Positions 39,101-51,987 of a stretch of 64,000 bases of DNA are shown one piece after another. A model generated the notes under the pieces. That model made no database searches and had not been told where the DNA came from. It was given only the letters and a program-made list of their open reading frames with translations. This stretch comes from Camelus ferus. Taxonomy: Eukaryota. The stretch's first letter is position 1. Every line of letters begins with the position of its first letter. A program made the position numbers and the translations under genes. The DNA lies in assembly GCF_009834535.1 (NCBI RefSeq), contig NC_045696.1:62994001-63058000 (forward strand), written 5' to 3'.

Positions 39101-40423
39101 AGCACATGGTAGACCGAAGCTCATCAAATGCTCACTGAAGGGAGTGGCCCAGCTGAGATCTGCCCTAGGCCTTCTGACTTCTGACTCAGCATTAAAACCA
39201 CAAGTACAGGCTGACCCAGCCTCTGCAGGCCATCGTGGATACGCCTGACCCTGCCCAGACCTGCTGCGGACAGCCCTGACCTCACATGGGCTGAGCGCAC
39301 TGCTGGTTCTCGGTCAACATTCACTGCAGCCCTTAAAGCTCAGTTCCTGGCTACCGTGGCCCTAATAGTCAGCTTTTTGGCAGGATGTGTTGGCAGAGAG
39401 ACTGTTATCGTGGGTCATGTGAAAGACTGTCAGATGAAAAGCCAGATTCTCAAGGGGGGAGAGGAAAATGAAAAGTCATCTAGTTTTAATGCCTGCTTTC
39501 CTCCCTCCCTCTCCACCTCCAAACCCACTCACATGGCCTCCATCTCTCCCCTCAGACACACATACATTCTCCCGCTGATTGGTTGGAACTGCAGATGCAT
39601 TTCTAGTTCATAAATGTTGATTTATTTGTTGATGCTAATGAGGAGAGACTCCAAGGAGAGGCCACGAGCAGGTGTTCTAGCAACAGCCCAGCTAAAGACC
39701 CAGTGGACAGCACTAATGACTAAACAAGTCAGTGGAGATACCTCCATATAATACACTCTGATAGAGTTATGAGCAAAGTGCTATTGGAGTTCAGGGAGAG
39801 AGCGATGAATTATTAATGACGCGAACATCAGAGAAGGCTTTACTGAGGAGGTAGCAAGTGGGACGGGCCTTCAAGAATGGCTAGGCTCTGGGCTGTCCCA
39901 GAGGTAGGATGAGGAGTTAGTCTAGACATGACCACAGTCATGGTGGACCTAGGACACCAGGCTAACTGTAGCCAACCAGAGAAGCCCATGTCCCTGGAAG
40001 CCCCAGAGTGCCCGGCAGGGTGGTGGAGAAGAGGGAGTTCTCAGAGACTGGGTGTTGTTCACTTGCTCCAGGGACTTTGAACAAAGCATCAAGACTCTGG
40101 CCAGCTTCCTCGTCTATTAGGGAATGACAGGAGACAGGGAGGGGTGAGGCAAGTACAGGAGGAGGGACTAGATGACGCCTTGCAGGATGTGGGAGATATT
40201 GGCTGGATCTGCTGCCACTTACTTGGCCACTTATAGGGCCTTGGGCTAGCAAGTCTCAATGCATCTCAGTTTCCTCACCTGTGAAGAGGGATGGCCATCT
40301 CTGTACCACCTGCCTCGTGTTTATCCATGAAAACAGAGATGACCGCTGTGACTCTCACTGAGACCAGCTGCTCAGGGAGCACGTCTCTCTGCTCCCATCC
40401 TCTGTTGGCCTCCCACTGAAGTA

Positions 40424-41037
40424 TGCATTTGTTCCAGTGACTCTTGCTGCATAACAAACCACCCGCCGAGACCATCTTGAGGCTGACACAAAATAATCAT
40501 TATTTTGCAGATGGTAAGAGTTAGGAATTTAAATAACGATCAACCGGGGTGGTTTATCACTGTTCCAGAATATCTGGGGCCTTATCTGAGAAGACATGAC
40601 GACAGGGTGGAGGAGGAGTGTTACGCAACAGCTAGATGCTGGAAGGATCTGGAGTTATCTTCACTACAGTGTCTGGTGATTGATGCTGGCTGTCAGCAGG
40701 TCTTCAGCTGGGAGGCTGCCAGAACACCTATGCATGACCTTTCCACGTGAGCTCTCAACCTGGGCTAGTTTGGGACTCTTCAGAGCATGGCGACTGGGTT
40801 CTAAGAGGAAGTATCCCAAGAGAGAAAATGGAGGTGTGTGGAATTTTTACAACCTCGCCTCAGAATTCATGTGACACCTCTTCTGCCATACTCTAGAGGT
40901 CGAGGCAGTCACAAAACTCTGTCCAGGTTCAAGGAGATAGAGTGCCACTCAATGGGAGGGGTGCCGAGGTCAAGTATTGAGAAGAGCATGCAGGCTGGAC
41001 ATGTTGCAGCCATCTTTGAAAAATACAATGTACCACG
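40424..41037 (-). mobile_element. MLT1-type MaLR LTR
   Basis: ttgctgcataacaaaccaccc...tgatgctggctgtcagc...gcagccatctttgaaaaatacaat, antisense MLT1 pattern. Confidence 0.75.
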
Positions 41038-42025
41038 ACATTCCTCGTATTGGCACTCAAAGCCTCCCAACAGCGTCTCCTGCTGCCTTTCAGCACGAAC
41101 CCCCACTCCAGGCAGGCCAGCCTCCTCATCCCATACTCCTCCCAGCTTGCGAGGCTTGAGCCTGCCGGCTCACACCTCACTCTTCTCCTTCTGATCCTTC
41201 AAGTCCTATCTCCCCAAGGATTAGGGTTCCTGGTGTATCTGAGCAACAGTTAAGATGAAAAAGGAAGTCTCTCAGCAAACATAGTTCCTGAGATCTTCTT
41301 TCAAAGTGAAGAGTGGAGTCTGCTTCTTTCTTAGAATGAGTGAAAATTCTACCATGCTGACAGTGACTGGTTTAGAAAAATATCTACCAAGCACAGGCAT
41401 GGGTCCCCTTCAGCTATAATCATTGCACGCATACTTCAAAAATGCAGGTTCTTTATCTCTCCCAGACAGAAATAATGACACTCATAAATTAAAGTCAACT
41501 TGTTTTAAACCAACAAATGGTGCGGCTGACAATAGAAGTGTAAATATGGTTAGTGTTAATGGATTTTTTTCAGCCTTGCTCCATTTCAGCTCATTAGACT
41601 TATGACTAATAAAGAGCTGGCCAACATTGCTCACTAATTGCCTCCAATTAAATCAAGGGCCAGGACCCACCTCCTGTGCAGACCCCAGTTCCCAGGAGTC
41701 CTGGGCATCTAATGATGCTCCGGAAACCCTCAATGGCTGCTTGATAGGATAACAGAAACACACAAGGCAGCCAAACCATTCAGTTCCTCTACACCCCAGT
41801 TGGAGATGTGTGTCCCCACCGAGCACAACCTTAACAACTACCAGTGGGCAGAGCCTCGCCTCTTATAAGGAGCTTTCACATCTTTCCCTCATTTTTCTGA
41901 GAAGGAAGCTGGGACTCAAAGAGATGAAGGGGCTTTTGCAGAATCAATAGCTCCCATGAAGGGAACAAGGATTTTATGCTAAGTGTTTTCATCCCCCTCT
42001 CCAGATTCTTTTCCACTGGGCCGCC

Positions 42026-42540
42026 TCATTCACTCATTCAGTTATTCATTCATTGATTGATTTGCCAAATGCTTATTAAGCCCATACTTTATACTAGGCA
42101 TTGTGTAGGCCCTGGGGAAACAGTGGTGAGCAAGACAATGTCCCTACTTTCATTGAGCATGTGGTCCAGAGGGAGAGATGGCAATAAATACCTAAATAAT
42201 TATATAAGCAACAGAATCTTACACAATGGCAAGTGCTATAAAGAAAATAGAACAGGGTAATGGAATAGAGAACGGCCAGGATTATTGGGGCAAGGAAGTC
42301 AAGAGGGGGCCCTTTAGCTGGGATTATTAGGGAAGGCTTCCCTGAGAAGGTGATGCTAGAGCTGGGACTGTAATGGGGACAGGGGGCCAGCCATTTAAAA
42401 ATCTGGGGGGTAAAAAGTCCTAGGAAGCAGTTACAGCAGGTGCAAAGGCCCTGAGGTAGGACTAGGAATAGGCTGGCCATGTTAGAATGATCAAAAGACC
42501 AATTGGGCAGAAGCATCTTGAGCAGTGGGAAAAATGGAAA
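42026..42540 (-). mobile_element. L2 LINE fragment
   Basis: cattcactcattca...aaatgcttattaagccc...agggaaggcttccctgagaaggtgatg...gtgcaaaggccctgaggtagg. Confidence 0.85.
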
Positions 42541-43343
42541 GAACCAGAGGGCGTAGGACTATGTAGGACAAAATATAGTCTGTGTCAGGCACTATACTAG
42601 ATGTTGTGGGACAGTGGTGAAAAAAATGTGCATGGGCCCCCTCCATGTCCAGAAACAGCCAGTAAGCCTCAGTGAATCTCTAATGCTTAATGTCAGTATT
42701 GCCCCTGCCCTCTGCAGCAAGGCAACGGTGGGACCACTTTAATTGTTTTGCTGACAGGGTTGTCTGAAGGATCTGGCTTGCAGGAAGAGAATTAATTGAT
42801 CAAAGTAAATTTGGGATTCCTAGGAGTTCTGAGGGGTTTAGTCTGCAACCTGCTCATTCCCTTTTAGCCTTTGCCTGCAGATCCTGGAGTTGGAGGAGGA
42901 AATGCCTGGAATTCCATGACTGCTTCTTGTGGTTCCCCACCCTCTCTTACCTCGTCCAGCCTGAAGTCAGAGCCACCCTGACCAGCTGGAAAGGAGGACG
43001 TTGAGAAGAAAAACAGTATCTCCAGCTGCCCAAATCCATCTGCAGCATCAGATGGAAAGACACACCAATGAGGGGGAGGGCCACTGGATTCTTCGTGAAT
43101 GTAGTTGTTTCCCCAAATCAAAAACACATTTTCTGGAGATACAGGAAGCACAGACAGGATCCAGCTCTGTTAAAGAATAACAGCTTATTCTGCATGCTCT
43201 TCCTTTAGAAGCTTTAACTGGGACCCAGCAGATGTTTATCTCTAAGTCATGATAATGATGGACAGGTAAGAGGGAAGAAAGACAGTCTTTCCTAACGAGG
43301 CCCTGTCCCTCTTCCACCCTTTACTCTAGCCTAGTCACCCTCC

Positions 43344-43382
43344 CTCTCTCTCTCTCTGACACACACACACACACACACACAC
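43344..43382. repeat. (CT)n-(AC)12 compound microsatellite
   Basis: Read directly. Confidence 0.95.
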
Positions 43383-45117
43383 TCCCAGTTTCATTCCATC
43401 CCCTCTTGGTTGCTGTGAGTATGTGCTGCCCAAGCCCATCCCCACATCAAACCAAACACCATGTTTACTCATAGGCCAACCTTCAGGAAAACAGACATCC
43501 TGGATTTGCTTCCTAAACTTCCTATTATGCATAAAGAACACATTGTCCTTTCAAAGCCAGGAATGAGACCTAATGTTTGTCCCATGCATTGCCACATTAC
43601 ATGGTTACCATGAATGTGGATGTCCTGTAAGCAGCCTTGCAGATCCTTCAGGATCTGAAGTCACAGCTGCTTCCACTCTGACTAGACACATCCAGCTGAG
43701 CTCACAAGTTGCTTGTCGACGGATGAGCATGTGTCGTCCCTGTGAGGTTGTCAGCCTGCCCAAAGGCAGCTCCCAAAGTAGCATTCCTTTGCAAAGGAGC
43801 CAGTTGTGGGCAACATGAATGTCCACCCCAGGAGACAGACAGGCAAAATGTCATGGATAGATGTCATGCAGTACATGCAGTGGGTGCAAGTCATTGCCCA
43901 GATGCACACATGGCATAAACCATAGTGCCGAATAAAAAGTCAGAAGCAGAGTGAGACAGAGAAAACCCAATCTCATTTATATACATTAAAATATGACTTC
44001 TAAGCAACCCAACAACAACACCTTATACAAGAACATGTCCTAACAGAACAAAAGACGTCAAGTGTATTAGAATGGATGGGGAAATGGGATTAAATAAATA
44101 AAAGAAAGAAGGAATTTGTAGGGACCAATGATGACAATGTGTCATGAACTGGAGAGTGTCATTAACTCAATTCCCTCTGTTAGAAGTCAAAAAACTCAAA
44201 AGGAAGGACACAGAAATCACTGAGCAGGCCCGGACTGAGATTCCCACCTCAGCTGCGCCTTCCTGCTCAAACCAAACAGGAAGAGCAGCTCCACACACAA
44301 CACCACTGCCTCCTCGCCTTTGAAGATGCTGCTCTGCATACAGCCAGGTACATGCCACTTTTCAAGGTCCAGCCCCCGTCACCTCCTCCGGAGACTCCCA
44401 CCTCTGAGCAGCCACACCTTTCCTCTGCAGCACACTGCGGGCGTGTCCTTACGAGCTAGGCAGAAATGGTCCCAGTGGAACCCCAAGGCTGGGGTTGCTC
44501 TCTTCCAGGGGGAGGGAGGGTACTGTGCAGCAGTGGCACATTGTGCCTTTGGCCATCTGCACACTTGGATTGCAATTCATTCCTTCAAATGACTTCCTGG
44601 AAAGAACTCACCCAGGAGGAGCCCTTTTTCTCCACAGAGATGCAATACTTTTCCAGGAAACTCATCACAAAGAAGAGGCAAGCGCATGTTTGATAAACGA
44701 CTAAAAGGCCAAGTTGCTTCCACCAGCCCTTCTACAGTTAAGCCCTAGGCCCTCTTCCCATGTCCAAATCAGCTCTCTGAGGTCTCCTTCCTTCCTTCCT
44801 GCAAGCCCAAGGCACAGTCAGCTCACCTCTCCCCCTTTAAAACTACCTCTATCCCTTTATCCCCCGGATCTCCTCTAAAATCGAGGCTGGCTGTGGAAGC
44901 CATTACCCGGTTATTCCTGACACCCCACCGCACTGCAGACGCCAGGCACTTAATCAGAACCCACCGAGAGTTCTACAAACATAAAGATGCTGGAGTTGGA
45001 AATGTCAGGAAGTAGTGAAAGCTCCCTTCTGTGGCTCCAGCATGTATGCAGTCGATAAACAAACATTTTTAAGTACCTGTTATATGCTTAGTACAGGTTT
45101 TAGCCCTGAGGATTGGG

Positions 45118-46366
45118 GAAGATTCTCTCCTTGGTTTCCTTGTTTGTCTCTACATTGTCCAATTTTAGCAACAATCCTGCTAAATCAGTTCAGCTAGAAC
45201 CCCTCATCCTCCCTGTCTGATCCCTCTTGATGTCTAATTAGGGTCCTCACTGTGATGTTGTGATTTATAATAAGAAATATGTATTTGGTCTTGCTTGCCC
45301 TTTCTGGCACAGAGCAGCTAAAACCCTTGGAGTTTCCTAAGTGATAAGAGATATAAAGGTGTGTTAATATTCATAACAAATCTCTTTCAACCATACCTGA
45401 GCTGATATTAATGAGGTGACTTTTGGAATCACCCAAGGATGGGGGCTGGTTGCCAGGGGAACCAACCATGTGATGGAAGGTTTGGAACATCCAGGGGAGG
45501 GGAGAGAGCCTGGAGGCTGAATTCATCACCAATGGTCAATGATTTAATTAATCATGCCTATGTAATGAAACCTCCATAAACACCCAAATGGATGGGCTTC
45601 CGAGAGCTTCCAGGCTGGTAAAAACACGGAGGCGCAGGGCCGGGGGCTGGTGCCTGAAGAGGTCACAGAGGCATTGCTCTCCTCTTCCATGCCTTGCCCT
45701 GTGCACCTCTTCCATCTGGCTGTCCCTGAGTTATATCCTTTTATAATAAACCAGTAATGGAGTAGGTAAAATGTTCCCCTGAGTTCTGTGAGCCTCTCTA
45801 GCAAAGGAAGTGGTGTGCGAACCCCTGATTTACAGTTAGTCAGTCAAAAGCATGGGTGACACCCTGGACTGGTGATTGGCATCTGAAGTCAAGGGCAGTC
45901 TTGTGGGCCCGAGCCCTTAACCTGTGGACTCTGATACTATCTCCAGGTAGACAGTATCAGAACTGAGTTGAATTATAAGACACCCAGCTGGTGTGGAAGA
46001 ATCATGTGGCAGTGTTGGGGGGAGACTCCCACACATTGGACTTGGTGATCAGAATCGTACTCACCCTCCACCAGACCCTAGTTGATATCTGATCAACCTG
46101 GTGTAACTTCAGCAAGAATTCTTTTCAGGCAGTTTTGCCAGAACCCCACTTATCCCTGACGTCTCTCAGTAACGCCATCCACTGGTCCCCGCCCTGCTCA
46201 CCAGCTGTAAGCTCCCTTTGCCCATGCTGCATTTGGAGTTGAGCCCACTCTCTCTCCCCCACCGCAAAACCCCATTGCAGTAGTACCTCTACCTAGGGTG
46301 TTGGTCTCCCTGAATAAAGTCTGCCTTATTGTTCTTTAAAGTGTCATTGAGTCATTTTTTCTTCAA
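45118..46366 (+). mobile_element. MER31-like ERV1 solo LTR, split by a MER21-like LTR
   Basis: Left half ttttagcaacaatcctgctaaatcagtt...gggtcctcac joins right half cctccacc...ggagttgagccc...ctgaataaagtc...ttttttcttcaa once the insert is removed. Confidence 0.8.
45251..46059 (+). mobile_element. MER21-like solo LTR
   Basis: Starts TG (tgtgatgttgtgatttataataagaaatat). Contains accaaccatgtgat, caatgatttaattaatcatgcctatgtaatgaaacctcc and aataaa. 5-bp TSD ctcac at 45246-45250 and 46060-46064. Confidence 0.85.
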
Positions 46367-47487
46367 TGGGATATAATGGTTAGTAAAAGCAGGCTATGAG
46401 TTTCACCAAATTCCATTTCCGTTCTCCTGGGGCCTGTGCAGTGTTGGCCGCAGAGAGGAGCTACTGGCTGGAGACCAGTAGAGGCCTTGCCAGGACTGGT
46501 GCTCAAGGACTGGCCTTTCTACTCCCAGAGCCTGGCTCCCAACCAGGATGGCATCTGCTCAGAGTTTGGAGCCCAGCACACTCTAATTGTCCTGCGGCCT
46601 TGACGCACTTTCAACCTGTCAATTGAATCTTTCTTAAAAAGCTACTCCCATGTTTATTGGTTTTCTGCCCTGAATTGGAGTCCCTAGAATTCTCCTTAAA
46701 GATGGAAAAGTTCAGAGAACCAGATCTGGACGTCTCTCTCATGCCAGGACCTGAGTGAGAGGGGCTGGTGATAGACTGAGAAAAAAGCTGGCCCAGTGCC
46801 AACCCCTACCACTCACTGCCCCACTGATTTTCTGAGTGGCACTAGTCCCCTCTGAGTCCTTGGGCAAGATAGTGGGGGTCTCACCCCGGTCAGATGTCAC
46901 TTCCTTGCTGTGTGGCCACGGCTGAATCCCTTCTCTCTCTGGGCTGATAATTTCTCTACATGTTTCTCCAACAAGTGAAATCGTAGATGCAAAGGAACGT
47001 TTTAAGCCTTGCAAAAATGTAAGACCCTGTGGAAATTCTCTGTACTTCCCACTCAACTTTGCTATGAACTTCAAATTTATTTAAAAAATAAAACTTATTT
47101 GAAAAACAAACAAGCAAACAAATTTGCTAGTCCCTACTGTGAACCCAGGGCAGGGAGTGAACCCTAAGTTCTAACAAAGCTCTGTGCCTTTCTGAGTGGC
47201 TTTGGGAAGCATGGAAATGTCTCTGAACCTTGGTTCCCCCATTCTACCCACTGTGGCTACTACAAGAATCAAATGAATTAATGGGTTTTTAAATAACAAG
47301 TTACAGAGCACTGTTCCTCTGTGAGAGCTTCTTGTTAATATTCATCACTTACTAACGAGACTGCATTGAAGGTGGACCAGCCAGTCCTAAGCTGGCAGAA
47401 ATTCTGCAGCTCTTAGAGGGCACTGGACGCACCAGAGGAAGTAGGGAGAGATGTCTCCTAGGCACCACAAACTTAGCACTTCCAACC

Positions 47488-48295
47488 TGAGCAGCAGGAA
47501 GAGGAGGAAGAGGAAATGGAGGAGGAAGAAGACAAGGAAGAGGAGAAGGAGGAAGAGCAGAAAAAATAAGAGAAGCAGAAAAAGCAGAAGAAGAGGAAGA
47601 AGGAAGACTGAGAAGGAGGAAGGAGGAAGAGATGGAGGAGAAGAAGTAGTAGAAGGAGAAGCAGCAGCAGGAAAAAAAAAAAGGGCGGCGGGGAGGGGGC
47701 AGAAGCCATCAGCTGCCAAAGCAGAGACAGAAAAGCAGAGCAGACACAGGAGCAGCAGGAACAGGAGACGCAGAAGCAGCAGGAACAGATGTTTAAGAGG
47801 CAGAAGAAGCACAAACAGAAGAAGCAGAACCAAAGTGGAAGAAGCAGAACTGAAGTGAAAGAAGCAGAGGAGACAGGAGGTGAGGAAGGAGGGGAAGGAG
47901 GACAAGAGGAGGAGGAGGAGAAGCAGCGGCAGCAGCAGAAGGGGCAGAAGCAGAAAAACCCAAAGCCGAGAAAGTAGAAGCTGAAGCCAAAACCAAAGCA
48001 GCTGAAAAAGCAGGCGGAGGGGAAAGAAGAAAAAGCGGAAGCAGAAGTAAAGCGTGAGCGGCAGGAGCAGCCCCAGCAGAAAGAAAGTGGAGACAGAAGT
48101 GAATGAAACAGAGAAGAAGAAAAAGAGGAAGGAGGAGGAAGCACAGAGGGAGGAGAGAGGAGCCGTGAAAGGAAGAGGCTGCAGCAGCAGCAGGAGGAGC
48201 AGAAGCAGGAAGCACAGACCTCAAAGCCCAGAAAGCAGAAGCAGAAACAGGAGCCGCAGAGCCCGGGGCAGAGGTGGAGGGTCCACCCAGCGTTA
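47488..48295 (+). repeat. Purine-strand GAA/GAG/GCA low-complexity tract (~800 bp)
   Basis: T is nearly absent on the plus strand; recurring gaagcagaa, gaggaggaa and gcagcagga motifs. Confidence 0.9.
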
Positions 48296-48512
48296 AGGAC
48301 AAGAGGGCACGGGGCTGGCCTGGTGGGCTGGGTGCTGGCTGCTCCCCAAAGCCCAGCTTCCTCCTACAGCAGATGCCTTCAGACACTGGAGGGTGAGGTT
48401 GAGGGGAGGAGAGAGAGCGCAGCTCGCCAGTATCCCTCCAATGGCCTCCATCCTCTGCAGGGATTGCTCCTTCCAGGAAGGAGGTAGAGAAAGGGTCTCT
48501 CACCTGCGCCTT

Positions 48513-48547
48513 TGCATGTGTGCGTGTGTGTGTGCATGTGTGTGTGC

Positions 48548-48588
<41 letters not shown>
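48513..48588. repeat. (TG)n-(GA)n compound microsatellite
   Basis: Read directly. Confidence 0.95.
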
Positions 48589-49068
48589 CTGGGATGGGGA
48601 AAGTTGGAGAATGGAATCTGTCACAAGGGGAAATTCAAATGATACCAAGAGTTGGGGGAAAATGGAAAATAGGAGGTGATAATGAAAGGACAGAAAGGAA
48701 ATTCTTTGGACTTGTCAGTGCAAGGAAGCTTCCTAGGTCTGGTGAATTGGAAAATGGTCTGGTGACTTGGTGATGCATTTCTCTCTGTAGTATCCAACAA
48801 GGTGCTGGGCACGGAGGAAAGGGATTCGCAGGCAGCACACTGTGATGCTTGGAGCCCTGGCTTAGCAACCAGCCTGCCTCTCCGAGGATCAGTCTCAGCA
48901 TTTGTAAGAAGGTCCCTCCCTCCCCTCAGAGTCACTATAAGTAAATGGCTTAGAGCAGTACCTGGCAGATATAATGTGCTCAGTAACTCCTAGTTATTAT
49001 GTTATTAAAGCAAGCATATAATAAATGCCGACTAATTGACTGATTAGAAATTATATTAAAAACTGGGC

Positions 49069-49293
49069 GATACTAACTACTACATGTAAAATGGATAAAC
49101 AAGGTCCTACTGTGTAGTACAGGGAATTATATTCAATATCTTGTAATAGCCTATAATGAACAAGGAATACGAAAAGGAATATACTAATATATGTATAAGT
49201 GAATCACTATGTTGTACACCAGAAACTAACACAACATTGTAAAACAACTATACTTCAATAAAAAATTTTTTAAAATTTTTAATTAAGAAAAAA
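49069..49293 (+). mobile_element. 5'-truncated L1 3' end
   Basis: gataaacaaggtcctactgtgtagtacagggaattatattcaatatc...tatacttcaataaaaa; possible TSD aactgggc (49061-49068 / 49299-49306). Confidence 0.9.
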
Positions 49294-49934
49294 CCCTGAA
49301 CTGGGCAGCAAAAATTCTCTGGAGCAGGTCAAAGTATTTCAGGAGTGAGGGGCCATCCTCCTTCAGCATGATGGAAATGAGGGACTGTGACCATTTTCTC
49401 AAACCAGTCTTGTCTTTGAGTCCTATTTACTTCGGGTGGAATGACCACCACCAGTGACCTTGTATCCACTTGAGTTGCCTCCAAGTTTGAAATTACACTC
49501 AAAATCGACGACTTTTCAAGTCACTTAATGGCAGGCCAAGTTGTCCGGCCCGCCCCTTCCCATGCTGGAGCATCTTTGCAAAATGCTTTAAGAACTACAG
49601 ATAAAAGAAATTGTTACGGGGTACGAGGATCAAGGATTCTGGGGCTTCTCTGAGTGAGAAAGGAAGGAGGCCTGACTTCCGTGCGTTGATGCCACTGTGA
49701 TTCACAAGATCCCTCCACTCCCCTTCCCTGGCCTGGCCAGGTTTCCAAATCAACTTTTCTTTCATATGTTGAAATATCCAGTTAGCCATGATGGTCAGCC
49801 AGGGAGACACCTTCTCTCAAATCTGTCCTTTCCTCTCCATGTCCACCCCTACCACCCTGGCCCAAGCTTACTGCTATGGCTCTTCTAGAACCCAGTGATC
49901 TTGAGAGTCTCAGACCCACAGTCACCAGAGAGTA

Positions 49935-50612
49935 TTTTTTTTTTTGAGATATAGTTGATTCATAATACTATATTAACTTCAGATGTACAACATAGTGATT
50001 CTATATTTTTATAGATTATACTCCATTTAAAGTTATTATAAAATATTGGCTACATTCCTTGTGCCGTACAATATATCTTTATAGCTTATTTTTCTATACA
50101 TACTAGTTTCTTTTAATCCCTTATCCATCTCTTACCCCCCCCCATTTTTCCTTTCTCCACTGGTGACTACTGGTTTGATCTCTTTATCTGTGAGTCTGTT
50201 TTGTTATATACAGTTGTTTGTTTAATTTTTTAGATTCCTTGTGTAAGTGATAACATAATTGGTCTTTCACTATCTGACTTCACTAAGCATAATATCCTCC
50301 ACATCCATCCATCCTGTTGCAAATGGCAGAATTTCATTCTCTTTCATGGCTGAGTAATATTCCATTGTGTTTGTATGCATCACATCTTCTTTATCCATTC
50401 GTCTGTTGAGCACTTAGACTGCCTCCATATCTTGACCATTTCAAAAATTGCTGCTCTGAACATTGGGGTGCACGTGTGTTTTCAAGTTGGCATTTTTATC
50501 TTTTGCTGATGTATGGTGCAGCCACTATGGAAAACAGTACAGAGGTTCTGCAAAAAACTAACAATAGACCTACCATATGATACAACACTCCCACTCTTGG
50601 GTATATATCCAG
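49935..50612 (-). mobile_element. L1 with 5' inversion (minus-strand 3' part 49935-~50513, inverted part ~50514-50612)
   Basis: Poly(T) plus antisense L1 3' end, then a sense ORF2 segment translating VQPLWKTVQRFCKKLTIDLPYDTTLPLLGIYP. TSD-like ccagagag(t/a)at..tttttt on both flanks. Confidence 0.88.
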
Positions 50613-51823
50613 AGAGAATCTTTTTTAAATGCAAATATGATGGCATTTTAACCCCGCTCCTTTCCAATCAACTTATGACTTTGGGCAAATCCCTTCCTGC
50701 CTTGGGACGAGAAGTCCTTCAGAATAATAATGAGGAGGCGGGGCTATTTAGTTTCCCAAGAGCCTCCCCGTAGACCCTCGGTCTATGATTTTCTGTTGCT
50801 AAGGGTACTGATTTCAGACCCCTCCTCCCTCAAACAGACTTTGGAACTAGGAGGGATATGGTAAAAGAGAAGGTGAGGATAAATATCCCTAAAGAGACAA
50901 ATTTCTCCTGCTCCCTCTGTGGTTGGAGCATTTGTACTTCAAAGGTAACTTTCACAACCAGAGCCAAAGGAGTGCTTTGTCATCTGCAGTTTAATTCTGG
51001 GCTCCGTTACTTAAACCAGTGACTTAAACTTTCCATTTCCTCTCAGGATAGCCAGAAGGTGGGCATGACCCACCACAGCAGGTTCCCACGGCATGCTGTG
51101 TAGTCTGTAGGTTAACAGTTTAACATAGGCAGGTCTTTCAAATAAAATCATTTATGATTGTTGATGTGGTGTTAAAGAATAAATGAAGACATCTTGGGAC
51201 ACATCAACTTTGGGGATCCCCTTTCTGCCCTAGGATATATTTCTTCTCCATTTAATTTTCATTCCTTCTAACTTCCATTCTTAGACCTCTAGAATTAGAA
51301 TATGTAACCTTCTTTTGCTTAGAACACAAAGTAATAATTATTCCCACTTTGTTTCCACAGCGGCAGCCTGTGTCTCATATTTGCATACTTTATCCCCAAA
51401 CATCATTTAAATGCAGTCAAGAGAAAATAGAGCAATTCAAGAGGATCAGATAGGAACCTGATTCCAGTTGCTCCCTGAACGAGACATTTTCTCTCAACAA
51501 TTCGGAGGCTCTTGAAATTTGCACTTTGCCGCACAACACGTTGCACATACCAACAGAATGGGCTCTTGTTGGGAATTAATGCATAGGCACTGACTCTTGA
51601 ATCTACCCTCCAAGAAGCCTGGCAGACTGCTTGGGACCTCAGCTTCTGGGGCTGACCCTCAGAGTCAAGGGCTTCTTAGTGACTCAGAATCTGAGAACCT
51701 GACATTGAAATTTCTCTTTGCTGCGAGAACAACATGAGAATCCATTGCAGTACAGACCAAGTTACATGTGGATGACAGTCTTCTAGTGATGTCACCCCAT
51801 TGTCATTTCAAAGGCATATTCTT

Positions 51824-51987
51824 TTTTTTTTTTTTTTTTTTTTTTTGGTGGAGGTGGTAATTAGGTTTATTTATTATTTATTTACTTACTTACTTACTTA
51901 ATGGAAGTATTGAGATGGAACCCAGGACCTTGTGCATGCTAAGCACACGCTCTACCACTGAGCTATACCTACCCCCCACCCCCGCGA
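51824..51987 (-). mobile_element. Camelid tRNA-Ala-derived SINE (Vic-1-like)
   Basis: gaacccaggaccttgtgcatgctaagcacacgctctaccactgagctatacc plus poly(T); 13/15 TSD caaaggcatattctt (51809-51823) / caagggcacattctt (51988-52002). Confidence 0.92.

Noticed and set aside
47387..48503. Long minus-strand ORFs (172, 223 and 236 aa), Leu/Phe/Ser/Cys-rich and membrane-protein-like
   Set aside because: They are the complement of the purine-rich tract, where stop codons are compositionally rare. No domain is recognisable.
50513..50773. ORF with a real protein motif (VQPLWKTV...LPYD...LLGIYP)
   Set aside because: Only ~33 codons of L1 ORF2 from the inverted L1 segment, running into flanking DNA.
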